Shown here: in pieces, positions 63,246-64,000 of the stretch
Layout: the number at the start of each line of letters is the position of its first letter
Numbering within the stretch: the first letter of the stretch is position 1
Origin: Malacoraja senta
Taxonomy: Eukaryota
DNA length: 64,000 bases
Direction: 5' to 3'
NCBI GenBank assembly: GCA_038087875.1
Contig: JAXLNO010000504.1
Span: 1 to 64,000, forward strand
Notes under the pieces: generated by a model
What the model was told of the DNA's origin: nothing
Databases searched by the model: none
Seen by the model: the letters and a program-made list of their open reading frames with translations, nothing else
Made by a program: the position numbers and the translations under genes

Positions 63246-64000
63246 CTGGTCTATAATTCCCTGCTTTCCCTATCCCTCCTTTCTTGAAAACTGGGATAAC
63301 ATTAGCTACCCTCCAATCCACAGGAACTGATCCAGAATCTAAAGAACGTTGGAAAATGATCACCAATGCGTCCACGATTTCTAGAGCCACCTCCCTATTC
63401 CTACCCTCATTAGCACGTGGCAGCAAGAGGAATCCGGAGAATGCTACCCTCGAGCTCCTGCTTTATAACATTTACTTAACTCATAAATTCATAACTTCAT
63501 ATGATGTGAGCAGAATTAGGCCATTTGTCCTATCAAGTCTATGTCATTCAACGATGGATGATCTATCTCTCCCTCTCAATCCCATTCTCCTGCCTTCTCC
63601 CTGCAACCACTGTCTCGCGGACTAATCAAGAAACTATCAATCTCTACCTTAAAAATATCAATAGACGTCCTCCACAGACATCCGTGGCAATGAATTCCAC
63701 AGATTCACCACTCTCTGACTAAAGAAAACCCTCTGCATCTCCTTCCTAAATGGACGTCCTTTTATTCTGAGGCTATGGCCTCTGGTCCTAGACTCTCTCA
63801 TTAGTGGAAACATAATCTCCACATTAACTCCATCTACTCTTTCGGTTGACTCTGCGGCACCTCATCCCTTTCCAATTTATGTTAGTACCATGAACACAGC
63901 GACTTCTGACTGCTCACTCCCCCTTCAAATTGTTCTGTACCCAGACAAAGTTATCCAGTACCCTAGTACCGGGGATGCAACTCACCATCCAAGAGTTCCG

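Larger units (their letters stand above)
60670..63400 (-). mobile_element. CR1 ORF2 fragment hosting two nested insertions
   Basis: [23 protein letters not shown] and DWRVANVIPVFKKG remnants, contiguous across the inserts. Confidence 0.85.

Noticed and set aside
63975..64000. Minus-strand GTGAGT donor as possible exon 1 of GPCR gene 2
   Set aside because: The context appears to be degraded CR1 5' sequence, and the visible codons do not resemble the TM1-encoding exon.

Overview
This is eukaryotic, repeat-dominated genomic DNA, most likely from a cartilaginous fish (skate or ray). That assignment is inferred from HER1/CR1-type LINEs, V-domain (HE1-like) SINEs, Penelope-like GIY-YIG elements and GPR139/142-like receptor genes. 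Host genes: two paralogous class A GPCR genes on the minus strand. One is complete with two exons (16688-16622 joined to 11428-10518, 325 aa, TATA box upstream). For the other, only the large exon (49207-48300) was found. Mobile elements: many CR1 fragments and two long CR1 copies, a full-length L1 (28531-34786) flanked by a ~1.3 kb direct duplication, an older L1, Rex1/Babar elements, a complete young Mag-like Ty3/Gypsy element (50297-55037, 5-bp TSD), Penelope fragments with hammerhead-like cores, PIF/Harbinger-type MITEs and a probable solo LTR. There is also an unrecognised GC-rich non-autonomous retroposon family with a covarying hairpin, interchangeable 3' tails and a CTCF-like 5' end. 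A >5 kb inverted segmental duplication (1-5031 vs 40119-46275) brackets the first GPCR gene. All calls were made by eye without database searches, and the boundaries of degraded repeats are approximate.
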